Shown one piece after another: positions 50,164 to 62,997 of a stretch of DNA of 64,000 nt (positions are counted from its first letter, which is position 1; the number at the start of each line of letters is the position of its first letter). Position numbers and translations under genes: made by a program. Origin of the DNA: Vairimorpha necatrix (lineage: Eukaryota); assembly GCA_036630325.1 (NCBI GenBank), contig CP142727.1, forward strand, positions 744,001-808,000. Direction: 5' to 3'. The notes under the pieces are model-generated. The model ran no database searches and was not told the origin of the DNA. It saw only the letters and a program-made list of their open reading frames with translations.

Positions 50164-52836
50164 GGTGCATCTTATAAAAAGTTCGATGATTTCATGTGTG
50201 GAAGCAGAAAGCTCGAGAAGAAATTTGCGGCACAAGCATAGGAGGCGCATAAAAAGGCAGAAGAAGCAATTCAATTTAAATTATTCCTTACCACTAGCAG
50301 AGGTGTTTTCTTCAGATTTTAAATTTTTGTATGGAAATACTATTGAAAAACAAAAAAAATACAATAACAAAAACTTCTTTTAGAATAAGGCTATTTGTCT
50401 GTAATAACAGAACAAATATTTTGGCTTTTACAAGCGAATTATACGTGTTTGCCGGGAGTCTATTTTAAATCCTTCCTTTAAAATGGGAAATGGGCCAAGA
50501 GAAGATATAAAACACCAATATATATCATTTCTTAAGTGATGTAACAATAAAAATTTAGTTGTTTCGTAACACAGAGGAAGTGCCTCCGAGTGTACAGATT
50601 TATACTAGACTTGGCGGCTCTTTATTTAATTATGTTATTTAGCACTTTTTTCGTGCTGATAATGTCTCTAGTTGTAAGCTTTTTCCGTTCTTGTTTTCCA
50701 AGGAAATTGTTGACAGATTTTTAGAGTCAAAATGTGGGGGTAGAGGAGGAAAAAAAATAGTAAAATTTTGGAATAGACCGGTCGAAGGGTCTATTTTTTA
50801 AAGAAGATAATTTATTAATAAAACATAATAATGTTAGAAGCTATATAGCACAAGTCTCATTCTCATATATCAATGGAAAAAAAGAATAATGTTTATATTT
50901 CATGAGCATCTGTTTTTTTATTTTGATGGATTTCCCAAGGCGGTATATTGTCCTACACGAAAAATTATAATAAAAATATAAAAGATTTTTAGTTTTAAAT
51001 TATTTCACAATATAAAAAGGTACTAGATCAGTCCGAAATCTAATTTGAGCTTATTAATCTTTCTATAGGGCTCGTTTAAATATGTAATTCGGATACGAAT
51101 TATATATGTAAATTTTGATTATTTAAGTGTAAACAAGGGGCTTGTTGAATATTTAAAAATTTTTGAGACATTTTCTTTCCTCCGTTTAAACGAAGGACGC
51201 GAGGAACAGCCTCTTATAAAATGGTAAGTGCTACACCCGTCGTTATGCAATCTTCTACGATGTGCATTTTTGTTATATATCCACAAGAAAGGAAAACGAA
51301 AATACAGTAACTAGATTAATATCACAAACAACCTTATTTCAAGACAAAAAATGCACATTTATTTTGTACAAATTTTCTTAATTTTGTTACAATTTATAAT
51401 TTTTGCTTAAAATAGTGCGGACATAACCTGTTGGTAAATACAATACGGGGGTTATATCCTAAAATTTGAAGTTTGAATTTATATAAATACCATAAAAATT
51501 CGAATTTTCAAATCCCTTTGTGATTATAAAAGGAAAACCAATAAATAGCGAATTACGAAACATCGATTTAAGGAAAAAAAAAAGAAAACGACCCATCATG
51601 AAATATCGAATATAGCTGTTTTACATTATAAACCGTTGCAGTCACCATTCAAAAACAATACAATCAACATACTAGGTCTACCAACCAGTTAAATCAAAGC
51701 GAAATTCTTACAGTTACAGAACATGTTATTTAAAATATAACTAATAAGCAGAAGATTTGTCTTTAAATAAATTCTAACAAGTTAATGGAATAATAAATGT
51801 AAATTTATTGATATATTATCGAAAAAAGTGTATAAAGAAAAGGGTTCTTTTTATTCCAATTAGACGTAATATGCTAGAACAATTTCTATTGTGAGTATTC
51901 GCACACGATATTGGTAATTACTCGCCAAACCTTTATTTGTTTTAAAAGCAGAATTCAACAGTAATACCACTTGAAGTTATATATACTTATAGAATACATG
52001 AGCACATAAGGATGTGCTGAGAATCTTGGCCGAAATTATAAAAAAATTAATGTCAGTTACGTTTAAATGAACGTAAACTAAGGGAGTTCTATAAACTTGA
52101 TTGAATAAAGTATTATTTTTTTGAAAAATCCACGCAAAGTCGTTGTAATATATAATGAAGGTTATCATTCGCGGATAGTCTTACAGAAATTCAACAATTT
52201 AGACAAAAAAAAAAATTTTACCTCATTATTTTCGACAAATAAATCCCACAGATAAAATCTTTTTGATGCTCAATAGAAGATAAATATCTTTTCATTCTGC
52301 AGATTGTCTAGTTGAAACAATTATTGAGGATGTTCCGAGGATTTATAGCCGAAGGTGTCCGAAACTTCGCAGAAATAATGTAAGCTCGTTGAAAAGACAA
52401 TAGAGAACATTTTCTAATTTTTTTTAAAATTTTATTGTTATAGAAATATAGAAATTTTTTTCGTGGCATTATAGCAATATTGCATTCATTAATAAAAATG
52501 CGTTTTTTGCAGAAAAATTAGAATTTTGATATAAATATAAGTATAAATTTATTCAAGCTAGAAAAAATAAAAAACCATAAAGACGCCTTTCCAGTAATCG
52601 CCTATATATCTCGTTTTTTGTTCTTTGATTATTACAAGTTCATGTTATGAATTAAATTATTTTTTCGATAAAATTATTGTTGCCGTTTTTAGTTCTCCTT
52701 GCTAATAAAAAAATCACAAAAATAAATATTTACACTAGAAATCGCATATGAGTATGTTCTTCATTAAATACTTTTGAAAAGCAAAAATTATTTTTTTTAC
52801 ACTTGCTTGTGATTAATCATGTGATACGTGATCTAA

Positions 52837-53620
52837 GGTGCCCTTAGCCCGGTGGTAGAAGGCGATGCCTTTATTGGGCAATGGCTGGGGTTAAATCCCA
52901 CGGGCCCTAATTTATATCTATTTTCCATGATGTAGTTAGTGCAACTCAGATGATAAAGGTGCCCACGATATCATTAAGTTGATTCAATGAAACTTATGTG
53001 TGCCCGGCCACAAGAGGTTAGCATCTTGTAGAAACGCGCATCAAGGGGCAAAATACAATATCCCCCTTGTGGTGACTTATTGACCCATAAAAGTATCTGA
53101 TGGGTACGGCCTAGTTGAAACACATGGCTGGTGCATTCTAGCATGGTATCCTAGAGCTAACTAAGAGACTAGACGGAGTAGCGCAATAGAAGGTCTCGTG
53201 GATCCTATCCTACAAGATTCTGTAACACGGTGGCCGAAACCAGTGGGAGACTGGTAATCCACACAGCCCAATAAAACGAAGGGCTGATATGTGGTCGTGT
53301 AAGGATCCGTGTGTGCAACACAGATGATTCTTTGAACTTATGAGTTTGTACGACGATGTCTCTCCTCATGTTATAGATATCCATACATGTTAAGTAATTC
53401 TCTGTGGGGTCACTCTGGACGCGATTTGAGGTATAAAAGAAAATGTTCTCCTGGTGCCAAAGTCCAATGGATACGGCGAAGCTGACTGCACCGGCAAGTT
53501 ATATGGAGAAAGTTTTTAATGAGTAGAAATCCCACAGTACAAATTGAACGAGGATAAACTTGAATCCCCCTGGTCCTTATGTAAGGTTTCTCTCTGCCTC
53601 TTACTTCCAAGAAAAAAAAA
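52837..53620 (+). mobile_element. tRNA-derived SINE-like element (duplicate of the 4371 locus)
   Basis: Same head, body, A-tail and flanks as 4371-5157. Confidence 0.8.
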
Positions 53621-54665
53621 TTTTAAAAATAAAATTAAAAAAATACCCCTAAAAAATTCGTTAAATTTCCGCCAGCGATAAAAGGCGGCGCATCGAAAAT
53701 GGTTTCCATTTATTCGCGTTGCTCATTCGCAGCGCTGAGAGCATTTGGAGAGTTAAACGACAGTTAAAATTAATCTAAGGTGCAATCGTTTTTATGTAAC
53801 ACTGACTGTTATATGGCAGAAAATCGATATAACACGAGATTAAGAATCTTGAGGCATTACAAATGTCCACATTACAACATTCTTGTTTGTTTTCTCAAGG
53901 TTTAATTATAGTTATGTCGCTTTAGTATTTATTGTTTTTGTTAATCATTTTGGGTACCATATTAATTTTAAAGTATTAAAACATGTATTGACATGTAAAG
54001 TGTATTTCATAAAAAAAATTACTTTTTTTTACAATGTATGTATTCTTAAGATTGTGAAATAATTTGATCGAGTTGTAAGAAAGAGTGATCTGGCAGAAAA
54101 ATAAAGTTGAGCTTTGAATCCTTCCTTTCAAATACGCTCAATAAAGTTCTTATAACACTATATAAGTAAAAAATTTCAATCTAATCTTTATTTATATTTT
54201 CTTTATCGAGTAACTTGAAGAAGTTTTGATAATTAAAGATGAAATAGTTAATAAAAGAATAAAGGAAAACGAAACAACTTGCCTCGGTACAAAAAATATC
54301 ACAAAAGTAAATTCTACGAAAATTTTATTTATTTCGGAATTCATTATGTCACACGACATCCTTCGACCCATTAGAGATCGCAGAGAAGTTATAAATCCTA
54401 ATTTAAAGTCAGAACTGCCAAATGACTGAGATCCCATTTGCTCTCAATGACTCATTGTAAACAAACAATGAACAGAATACAAAGTATTTAGAAAAGCTTA
54501 AACACTCAAAACATGCTTACTTCCATTTTTTCATAGATATCCCGCCTTTTCTTGAAAAAGATGAAGGGGCGAAAAAATAAAATCATAAAAGGAATTATTT
54601 TTAACCCCCCAGATTGAGCTATGAGAGAACAAAACTACAATAAAGAATTTTAAAAAAATTCTTAT

Positions 54666-55028
54666 TTAGACACACGAGCAGCCTAGGAGGCAGCCCGTGT
54701 CACAAATTACATTTGCCCACTTGTATAAGTGCAGCAAATATTTGCGATCTTCATCGTTGCAGTTTTTATTTTTTCTAGCTTCTGGTGTCATGTTTCTTCT
54801 TTTCTTTTGAAACCACCATTTAATTGAATTTATATTCAAATCGAGAAGCACGCTCAAGTCTTCTACTAAATTCAATGATGGCCATTGAACTCTTTCATAG
54901 GTGTGAAAGAGCACATACTTTTTGACCTGCGTATAGCTTCTTGGTTTGTATCTTTTGTTTTCTTTTTTTAGTTTTATCAATCCAAATAGAGCCTCCGCCA
55001 AAGTATTATCGTCTAAGAAGTTATTCAT
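54666..55028 (-). CDS. Atypical homeodomain protein, 120 aa (HD copy 3, chimeric context)
   Basis: Near-identical to 6184..6546 including the Cys-rich tail; its upstream DNA matches that of 12902..13243. Confidence 0.85.
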   Translation of the reverse strand: MNNFLDDNTLAEALFGLIKLKKENKRYKPRSYTQVKKYVLFHTYERVQWPSLNLVEDLSVLLDLNINSIKWWFQKKRRNMTPEARKNKNCNDEDRKYLLHLYKWANVICDTGCLLGCSCV

Positions 55029-56176
55029 ACCCCGTGGAGAAATAAATAATTAAATACTTAAATATTAATATAAAATTATATTTAATATATTATGTTACTA
55101 ATTAAGACTGTTTTTTCGAAAAAAGCAGGGAAGCTAATTAATGCAACTTTAACAATAATAATATATTATAATGTAGAAATTTACAAATTGGTGTAATATG
55201 ATTTGTATATGCAATAAAATGGTTTTCATGATTATTGTTCATTGATTTATCATTATTAATATATATATATATTGATCGATTACATTTATTTACTATTATA
55301 TCAAATATGAGCTATAGCATTTGTATTTAATTAATCCAAGTTTTAAAAGCATTATTTTATATAAACATTCTAATAATTGTCATTTCAAATATTTATGAAT
55401 ATTTTATTGGTGAATTTAATCAGACAACATACATGACACAAAAAATTACATAAAAAAATATATTATTGATGTATTTTCATAAAATTCATTTGTTTTGGGA
55501 AATAATCAAAATGTGTCAAATATTTTGATGTTTTATTAATTATGCGTCATAAAATATAAAAAATGTGTTTTATTTATACAAAGAATTCGCATTTATATGG
55601 TAATTTATAATTCATGTTGCTTTGAAAATATTCCAGAGTTTTATAAGAAATATGGAATATAACTGCTTACTTTACGTTCTTTCTATGCAAAAACTAAAAA
55701 ATAAATATAAATAAAATGTTTGGCTGTATTGGAATACATAATCCTTAGTATTAACTCAACAAGAAATGGATTTTTATTAGAAAAGTAAACTAATAAATTA
55801 ATAATTAATATGTACATTCTTACTGTATAATTTACAAAAAAAATCAAACTTGCACAATAAATTTTATCAATAACAACTTTAACTTGTACAGTTTTTATTT
55901 TACAATTGAAGTCATATTAGTAACCATTATAAATACCATTTTTTAGATTTTCCCTCCTTCAAATCGAAATAAATTAAAGCAGTGTGATAAAATTAGTAAA
56001 AAATTAATTTTATTATTCTTAAAATTTCTTGACAATGCAATTAATGCTATTAATTTTTCTTCTATTTGCGACATTTTTAAGTTTACACAAATCGGGTCTT
56101 TTATAACTATAAGATCTTGGATAATTCCTAAATTAGTTCTAAAAAATATTTTTGGCTGATAAGTATAGATTTTTTG

Positions 56177-57560
56177 GGCATAAGTAAACATAGCTACAAA
56201 AAAATCGATATAGGGTTTTTTTTGTCTTTTTTGCCCCCTTTTTTCAAAAACAGAAGAAAGAAAATGTTAGGAAAAAACAAAAATAAAAAAAAATTAAATA
56301 AATGGTTATGACAACATACGGTAAAAAAAATATATAAAAGCTTCATATACTATATCAACGTTCTGGGCAAAAATCAGCATCTTTGTAAAAAAAACTGGGG
56401 GGCCAAAATTTTTAAAAAGTAGCTTTTTTTTAAAAAAGGAACGGAATGATGAGTAATAAAGAGAATGAAGATTTTTACGAACGTCTGCTAAACAAGAAAT
56501 ATAAGCAGAAAAGTAAAATATGTCCTTAGTATATGTGGTATTATTTACCACATTATTTTATTTTTATTTATTTCCCTCCAAATGAATTTTCTAGAAAATA
56601 TTTTGCTATAAATATTTTCTTTTTACTTTACCAAAAATTTTTGGAAGATGAGAAGAACTGGAAACAAAGACAGATACAGTGACATCGGGAAGGCCTCTCA
56701 TACCTTTCCTTCTCACATGAGAAACCAATCTAGCCCACAAGGGAAATACAATAAACACAATTTAAATAAAAATATACTTAATAGTATTGCAGGGAGGAGC
56801 ATCATCGAATGCTACTTACAAACAGGACACCTCCCTGGTGGTAACACCACAGTATACAAATATAGTTTTTAACGAAACTAGTTACTTGAGGGGTAAAGCA
56901 GAAAAGTACAGACATAAATTTCAGTTTGGAATAATTCATTATATGAAAACACTAGACTAGATCATTATCTGATTTAAAAATAATAAATTGTGGATAATGG
57001 GAATTAAAGTGTTACATATATCAAGAATTTTGGGATGTAATGTACAAAATGTAAGTTACACTTGCAAAAATTATGCAATTTAAATATTTATAAGGGGTTT
57101 ATAAATAATGATAGCAGATAGGAGGCTAAGATGTCGTAGTATAGAATGTTGAGAGTAAAATTTGAAAAGATAGATATAATTGGGAAAAACTTGTTAAGAA
57201 AGGGATTGGTGTTTTTTATGGGGATGGTAGAAAGAATCGAATTAAAGAATATAGTTTTTATAATCAGCTTAAAACACAAGGGCATATTGCTTCCAATCAT
57301 TCTTAAGTAATTGGTTTTAATTCGTCATCCTTTCGGATATTTGGAAGGTATATAACATTAAAACATCGTTATGTGGTGTATAGAACTGTGGATCCTAGTC
57401 AAGCATTTACGGACTCAAATACAGGTGTCCATATAAATACCATCAAGGGATTTGAAGGTCTTATAAATCCTCTGTACACAATAGAGTTTTCACGAATGAA
57501 ATTGCTAAAATTTAATTAACTCTTTATATGATAAAATTATAAGAGTCAATACACCTTCAA
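56177..57560 (+). mobile_element. Decayed Merlin remnant (duplicate of 14396-15790); ends approximate
   Basis: Near-identical to the first copy. Confidence 0.55.
56534..56851. mobile_element. Solo LTR (duplicate of 14751-15069)
   Basis: TGTGGT...ACCACA ends, TSD GTATA. Confidence 0.8.
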
Positions 57561-58169
57561 AGCATTATTAAATTTTGTTTTTGATATTTTTTAGTTATCA
57601 ATGTCTGACGACGAAACAACGCTGACAATAGGAATCACTAAATGTGAGTGATTTCTATTCAATATATATGTGAAGGATATATGATTGACAAGGATTGATT
57701 AATATTGAACATAAGCATATATAGAATTACTTCTACTTCTGCAATTTACTCTTTTCAGGGAAGACGTCGAAATGGTATTCCAAATATTTGTTATTTATTT
57801 ATTTTCCAGCCCTACTCTTCATCATAAGTCTAAAACACAATTCAAATAAATCTATGAATGATACTATGTCTTCTATTTCAGAACCCCCGTGCCAAGCACA
57901 ATTAATGTATATCTACACAATTTACATATTTATTACATTATAGGGGTTTCTGAAGTCTTTTTTAATTTTTTTCAAATTGGCAATTTGTACAATTTTGATC
58001 CTTTTTTTTTTCTACACCAATGCTGATATAGCCTTTTGGCCTAATATTTATTTATGTGAAATTGATAATTTTTATTTTTAGACAAAAAGCTAAAATTTAA
58101 CAATTCTTCTTAGTAAATACGCGATTATGTAGTTATATTAAATGAATAGGTAACAAGCTTATACATTTT

Positions 58170-58780
58170 GATAATGGTCGTGTGGAATTAAAAGTATGTC
58201 AAGGATATACTAATCTTAAGGAGATTCATAATAAGCCTGACATTCTTGTGTTTGACAAGAAGAAGAAAGAAATTTTGATAGTTGATGTTGGTATCAGGAT
58301 CGGGGAACGACTTACTTACTATAGTCGAGAATAAAAAACCATAAAAATATGCCCTTCTTACAGATGAAACGGGACTAATACATAAACCCCCACAAAAATA
58401 GTTCCGTTTTTAATGACATAGGATGTAGCGGCGACCAAATACCACAGAAAGTACATCGGAAAGTTATAATTCCAACCTTACCTTGAAGCATAAATCAATT
58501 TTATTGTGCTGAAGAAGACTCTAGAGACCATATCCTTAGATCGGCGTTATGAAACGTTAAGGAGGATGCAGGAGAGGAAGAAGTCCCCGACATGTCGGCG
58601 CAAGAAAATATGGCGACTGTTAAAGAAGTGATGTTGTTGAAAGATCGTGGAACTGAAAAAATCTGGATAGAAAAATGAAAATAATGTCACAGAGACTATA
58701 GTCTGTAAAGAGATGAATCTAATGAGTGATACCAGGACAAGAAGATGTGTTGTAAACGTTAAAAATATATGAAAATAAAC
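58170..58780 (+). mobile_element. REL-type LINE 3' fragment (duplicate of 16390-17000)
   Basis: HNKPDILVFDKKKKEILIV remnant. Confidence 0.75.
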
Positions 58781-59265
58781 GCATTAAATTAATTCTGTTT
58801 TTTAATATTCGCTGAGATAATATACAGACAAGAATTATCGTAATGACTTGGAAAGACTGACGATAGTCAGTTGGCAAATTAGTAAGCTTTTTCTGGATCG
58901 CAAGAAGAAAGAAGATTGCAGAATTCGATTCTAGAGGTAGAAGAACAGTTACAAGGAAAATCTAAAGATATTGTTTTTTTGCATTTTTAAATTAATGATT
59001 ATGGTTACATAATTTAAACAAATTATCTTTTTAATTTTATTAAACATTTGTTTAAAGCATTCTTCTTTGTTTGATGGCGCGTTGATGCGTCATCAATGAA
59101 ACGTTTGACAGTAGATGTTCTGACATTTGGCGGCGTGGTGTAGGAATTTATCATATCCATAATTACAAAAAAGATGACAACACATCGGTCTAACGTCAAA
59201 AGTCCAATATATGTTGTTACATTTATAAATTTAAAAATTAAATTTATTGTACCCTTTTATTAACT

Positions 59266-59976
59266 ATGACGATAGAGAATACCAAAGAAAACAAGAAACA
59301 GCTTAAAGAGCTGTTTTTATGTTATTACCCCAGCTTGGATAATCATAAGATAATACAATTATCTTATGATATCCTAAGTAAGGAATGTAAGGTGTCGCAA
59401 ACAAATCTGCACAATTTCTTGGAAGCGGCCATAAGTGAATATTATGATATTCCTTATCATAATGCTACCCATGGGTTCAATGCATTATATAATGGGAATA
59501 TCTTATTGAAACTTATAAATAAACCAAATAATGAACGACAGGTCAAGTTTATTTTCTTAGTCTGTTGCTTATTGCACGATATAGGCCATCCGGCTGTTAT
59601 TTGTTGTGGACACGAAAAAATTGATTTAGAGAATCATCATGCAGAACTCATAAAAAAGCTGTTATCGAAATTTTTGCCAGAGTACGTGACAGAAGTTAAT
59701 ATAAAGTTAATAGAAAAGCTGATTTTATCTACGAATTTGAATTTGCATAGTGGGCTGTTAGATACATTTAAATACAAATATTTAGGCCACAAATCTAAAA
59801 ATAACATAGAACACAATTCAATCGATTTAACAATGCTAATTAAAATTGCAGATATTGGAGCATCGTCCAAAAAATTCGATGATTTCATGTGTGGAAGTAA
59901 ACAGCTTGAGGAAGAAATGTTTGGTGAAAATACTGAAGATACCAGTAAAAGACTTGAAAAAGATGAATGCTTTTGA
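59266..59976 (+). CDS. Class I PDE paralog (type B/C chimera), 236 aa, C-terminally truncated by a 1-nt deletion
   Basis: All metal-binding motifs are present. TGCTTTTGA versus TCCTTTTTGA in 17487..18329 creates a stop, and PDE homology continues out of frame to ~60090. Confidence 0.8.
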   Translation: MTIENTKENKKQLKELFLCYYPSLDNHKIIQLSYDILSKECKVSQTNLHNFLEAAISEYYDIPYHNATHGFNALYNGNILLKLINKPNNERQVKFIFLVCCLLHDIGHPAVICCGHEKIDLENHHAELIKKLLSKFLPEYVTEVNIKLIEKLILSTNLNLHSGLLDTFKYKYLGHKSKNNIEHNSIDLTMLIKIADIGASSKKFDDFMCGSKQLEEEMFGENTEDTSKRLEKDECF

Positions 59977-60219
59977 TAAATTATTCCTTGCCACTAGCAG
60001 AAATGTTTTCTACAGTTTTTACAGATTTTAAATTTTTACATGAAAAAGCCATTGAAAATCCTAGAAAAATAAAAATGAAAAAAAAATTATTATTTAAATA
60101 CAAGCTCTGTATTTGTATTTAAAAATATATTGAATCATTTTTGGGGGGTTCCCGATATAGGGACAATAAAAGCGCCAATAAACTTTAGAAAAAAAATCAT
60201 AAAAGAGACTTCTTACAAA

Positions 60220-61440
60220 TAATCACTGATTGTGTATTCTAATTTAAAGAGTGTACGAAATATCACGCAAATAAAAAGTTTTCATAGTGAATTCCCTAGC
60301 TTCAATTTAGATATTTATAGCACAACTTGTCTTGGTACTGCTCATGCGATTCAGTTTTTTATAGATTATGGTTTCTGCAGAATTATTTTCGTTTTTAAAC
60401 TCAGAATTTTCAGCAACATTCTTCTTAAACGACATTAAGTCTTTAACAGTCGCCTATTTGCTAGTGAGTTTTCAGCTCTAGCCATTTATTCCCATCCTGT
60501 ATATTCTTAAAGTATCCTTGTTGCGCTCGAAAGAGTTGGACTTTAAAGTTTTCTCTAGCACAACAGAGTATTTTATTTATGTAATTCTTGTCCTCCACTT
60601 CCCTACTCCTCTTAAAAATTGGGATGATAAAAATATCAACAGAGTGGATGTACGCTTTAAGGCAGGGTTGTATTTTAAGCCCCCCGATGTACATTCTGTG
60701 ATATTCGGTCTCCACTCAATCTCGCGTCATTACTAAGGGCTAATCTTGTGAAGAAATTTTGTATTTGTCCCACATAATTTTTAAGAAGGTCAATTCCATA
60801 GTTATTATTCTCGGCTATGGAATTCGCCCCTGTTGATATTAATTTTTATATAAGGATATTGTCTTCTTCTTGTCAAATGCAAGAATGTCAGGCGTATGAT
60901 GGACCACCTTTATATTAGTGGATATCTTCGCATCCACTCTTATTTACGCACGATCATTTTCCATGATCTCTTGTACTGAGTGTCAACGTATTGTATTATT
61001 CTTTTTAAACCCGAAGTAATTTCATATAAGAGTTCGATGCATCTAACCGCCTCGTTGTATCTTTTCATGTAATCAACCCCTAATATTAAAAACACTTGGT
61101 AGCTAAATGATCAAGGTCTTTCTGTGAGATCTGAATGAAGACATTGTTTCTCTTGTCAAAAAAAATTTCTATTTTTGGGGAAGCAGTAAATTGCTTCGAA
61201 CCCAGCCTGATTGTTAGGGTTGTTCAGAAGGTATGCGAACCTGTTGCTTACTAATTATTTTGCCAGCTTTAAACAACATTTCATGTTTCGTCATATTGTT
61301 GATTTCGTTGTAATTTGTCTCTTTCAAAAAGTTGAAATTTTATAAACTTATTTATTGATTTATCTTAGAAATATGTTTTTATGGGCATTTTGATTTAGGT
61401 TCTGTAAAATTATATACATCATTTTTCGGTCCTTCAAGTA
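60220..61440 (-). mobile_element. Decayed REL-type LINE 3' portion (duplicate of 33340-34560)
   Basis: Near-identical to the first copy. Confidence 0.7.
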
Positions 61441-62997
61441 TAATATTTTTTCCAAATATAATACCTTTTTATCTATTTACTTTTCAAAAGACAAACTCAA
61501 ACTCTTCTTGCGGTTCTCGGAGTTCCTCTTATAATTAACATGTTAGACTCTCAAATACCCCTTGCTGACCAGTACCAAAACCATCTCCAACTGAAATACT
61601 TGGCTTTTATAAAGTAAATTTAAGACCTGGTGTCTGCAAATATGTTTCCGTAAAATTTTAAGGGCAAAAAAAGATATTTTAAATGTGTATTTGTAACTTA
61701 ATTAACCTACAATGATAAAAAATAGTCGTCTATATCTAGACAAATTCTGGATGTCGGAGAAAGTAAATACATAGACTTTATGTCAACACACATAAATATT
61801 CACTACGCAAGGTATTTATTAAAGAAAAAATTTAACCTAAAATTGAGCATTATTACAACTTCAAAAAGCCTGTAGGGCAGTTTAATAGTACCACTGACGA
61901 TTTCCGAGGAGATATTTTGAATTTTTTTAGTAAAAGCTTCATATCACAACTTTACATTAAAATTGTCCTGTACCAAGGAGATACAAAAATCTCGACGTAT
62001 CAATAAGTAAATTATATTAACATCATTTAATACTACATCTGTATATTATCAATTGTAAATGGGAATAGTCTGTTGAAAGCGTCATTATATTGAAAAACAG
62101 TCTTTTTAGGTTTTTATAATGCCATTAGGCATTTGCATTCTCCAAACCATTCCCATAGAGCTTTTGATTAAAACGCTTTTTGTATAAACTTAATAAGACA
62201 AAAAAGTCAAAAAAAACCCCCCTAGATTCAGACTATACATGAATAGAAGGTCTAAGCTCCAAAAAATAGAAAAAAAAACGTAGAAGACAAGGTAACAGGG
62301 TATATACACCAAGGACGAGGACAGGAAATACTTTTAAAATAAGATTAAAGCATGTAAACAATGTATGCTCAGTTTTAATGATCGAAGGAAGAACCTCGTG
62401 ATTACGCATGGCTTTGTTCAATTTATATTGATTTCTAAAGTTTCTGCTTTCTATGATGCAGTTGGAACAAGTCAGACGATAAAATAAATTGTGTGCGTCC
62501 AGCCATAGGGAAATTGCATGCAGTGAAAGCCACACTTTGGGACCGCAAAAATTTCATCTCGTGTTGACTTACGATACATACAGAATATGATGGTATGCTC
62601 TAGATGAATCTTTGACTAATGCAAATCCTTGCTATTTTAAAAAAAACAGACCTAGTAGAAACTTAGAATATCTTGCAAAGGTTTCCTATATTTATTATAG
62701 AATACTTTCTTCAAAACTAAAGCAAACCTGTGGTCAACACTTTTAAGAAATGTCTGGCTGAATGTCGCGTGTAATAAGCTGTGTATAGGTTATAGACGAT
62801 TATAAAGACACTTGGGGCTGTAACTATATGTATATTCTAGCGTAACTAATAATCTCCGTTATTATAGTCGCTGTTAAATCATCCTCCTCCAGATTATGAA
62901 TAAATATGAAAATGCATTTTGGAATAAAGTCAAACGGATATGACATATACTGGTCACTCAAATTAAAGTAGAAACACTTATGTAAAATAGAACTATG

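Larger units (their letters stand above)
45724..50383 (+). pseudogene. Class I PDE type-A paralog, disrupted by stops and split by a Gypsy insertion
   Basis: Duplicate of 1086-1890. IKIADIG|ASYKK is interrupted at the duplicated GGTGC. Confidence 0.85.

Noticed and set aside
50068-50274. N-terminal extension of the 1278-aa ORF
   Set aside because: It runs through the LTR into antisense PDE sequence outside the element, so it is a chance open frame.
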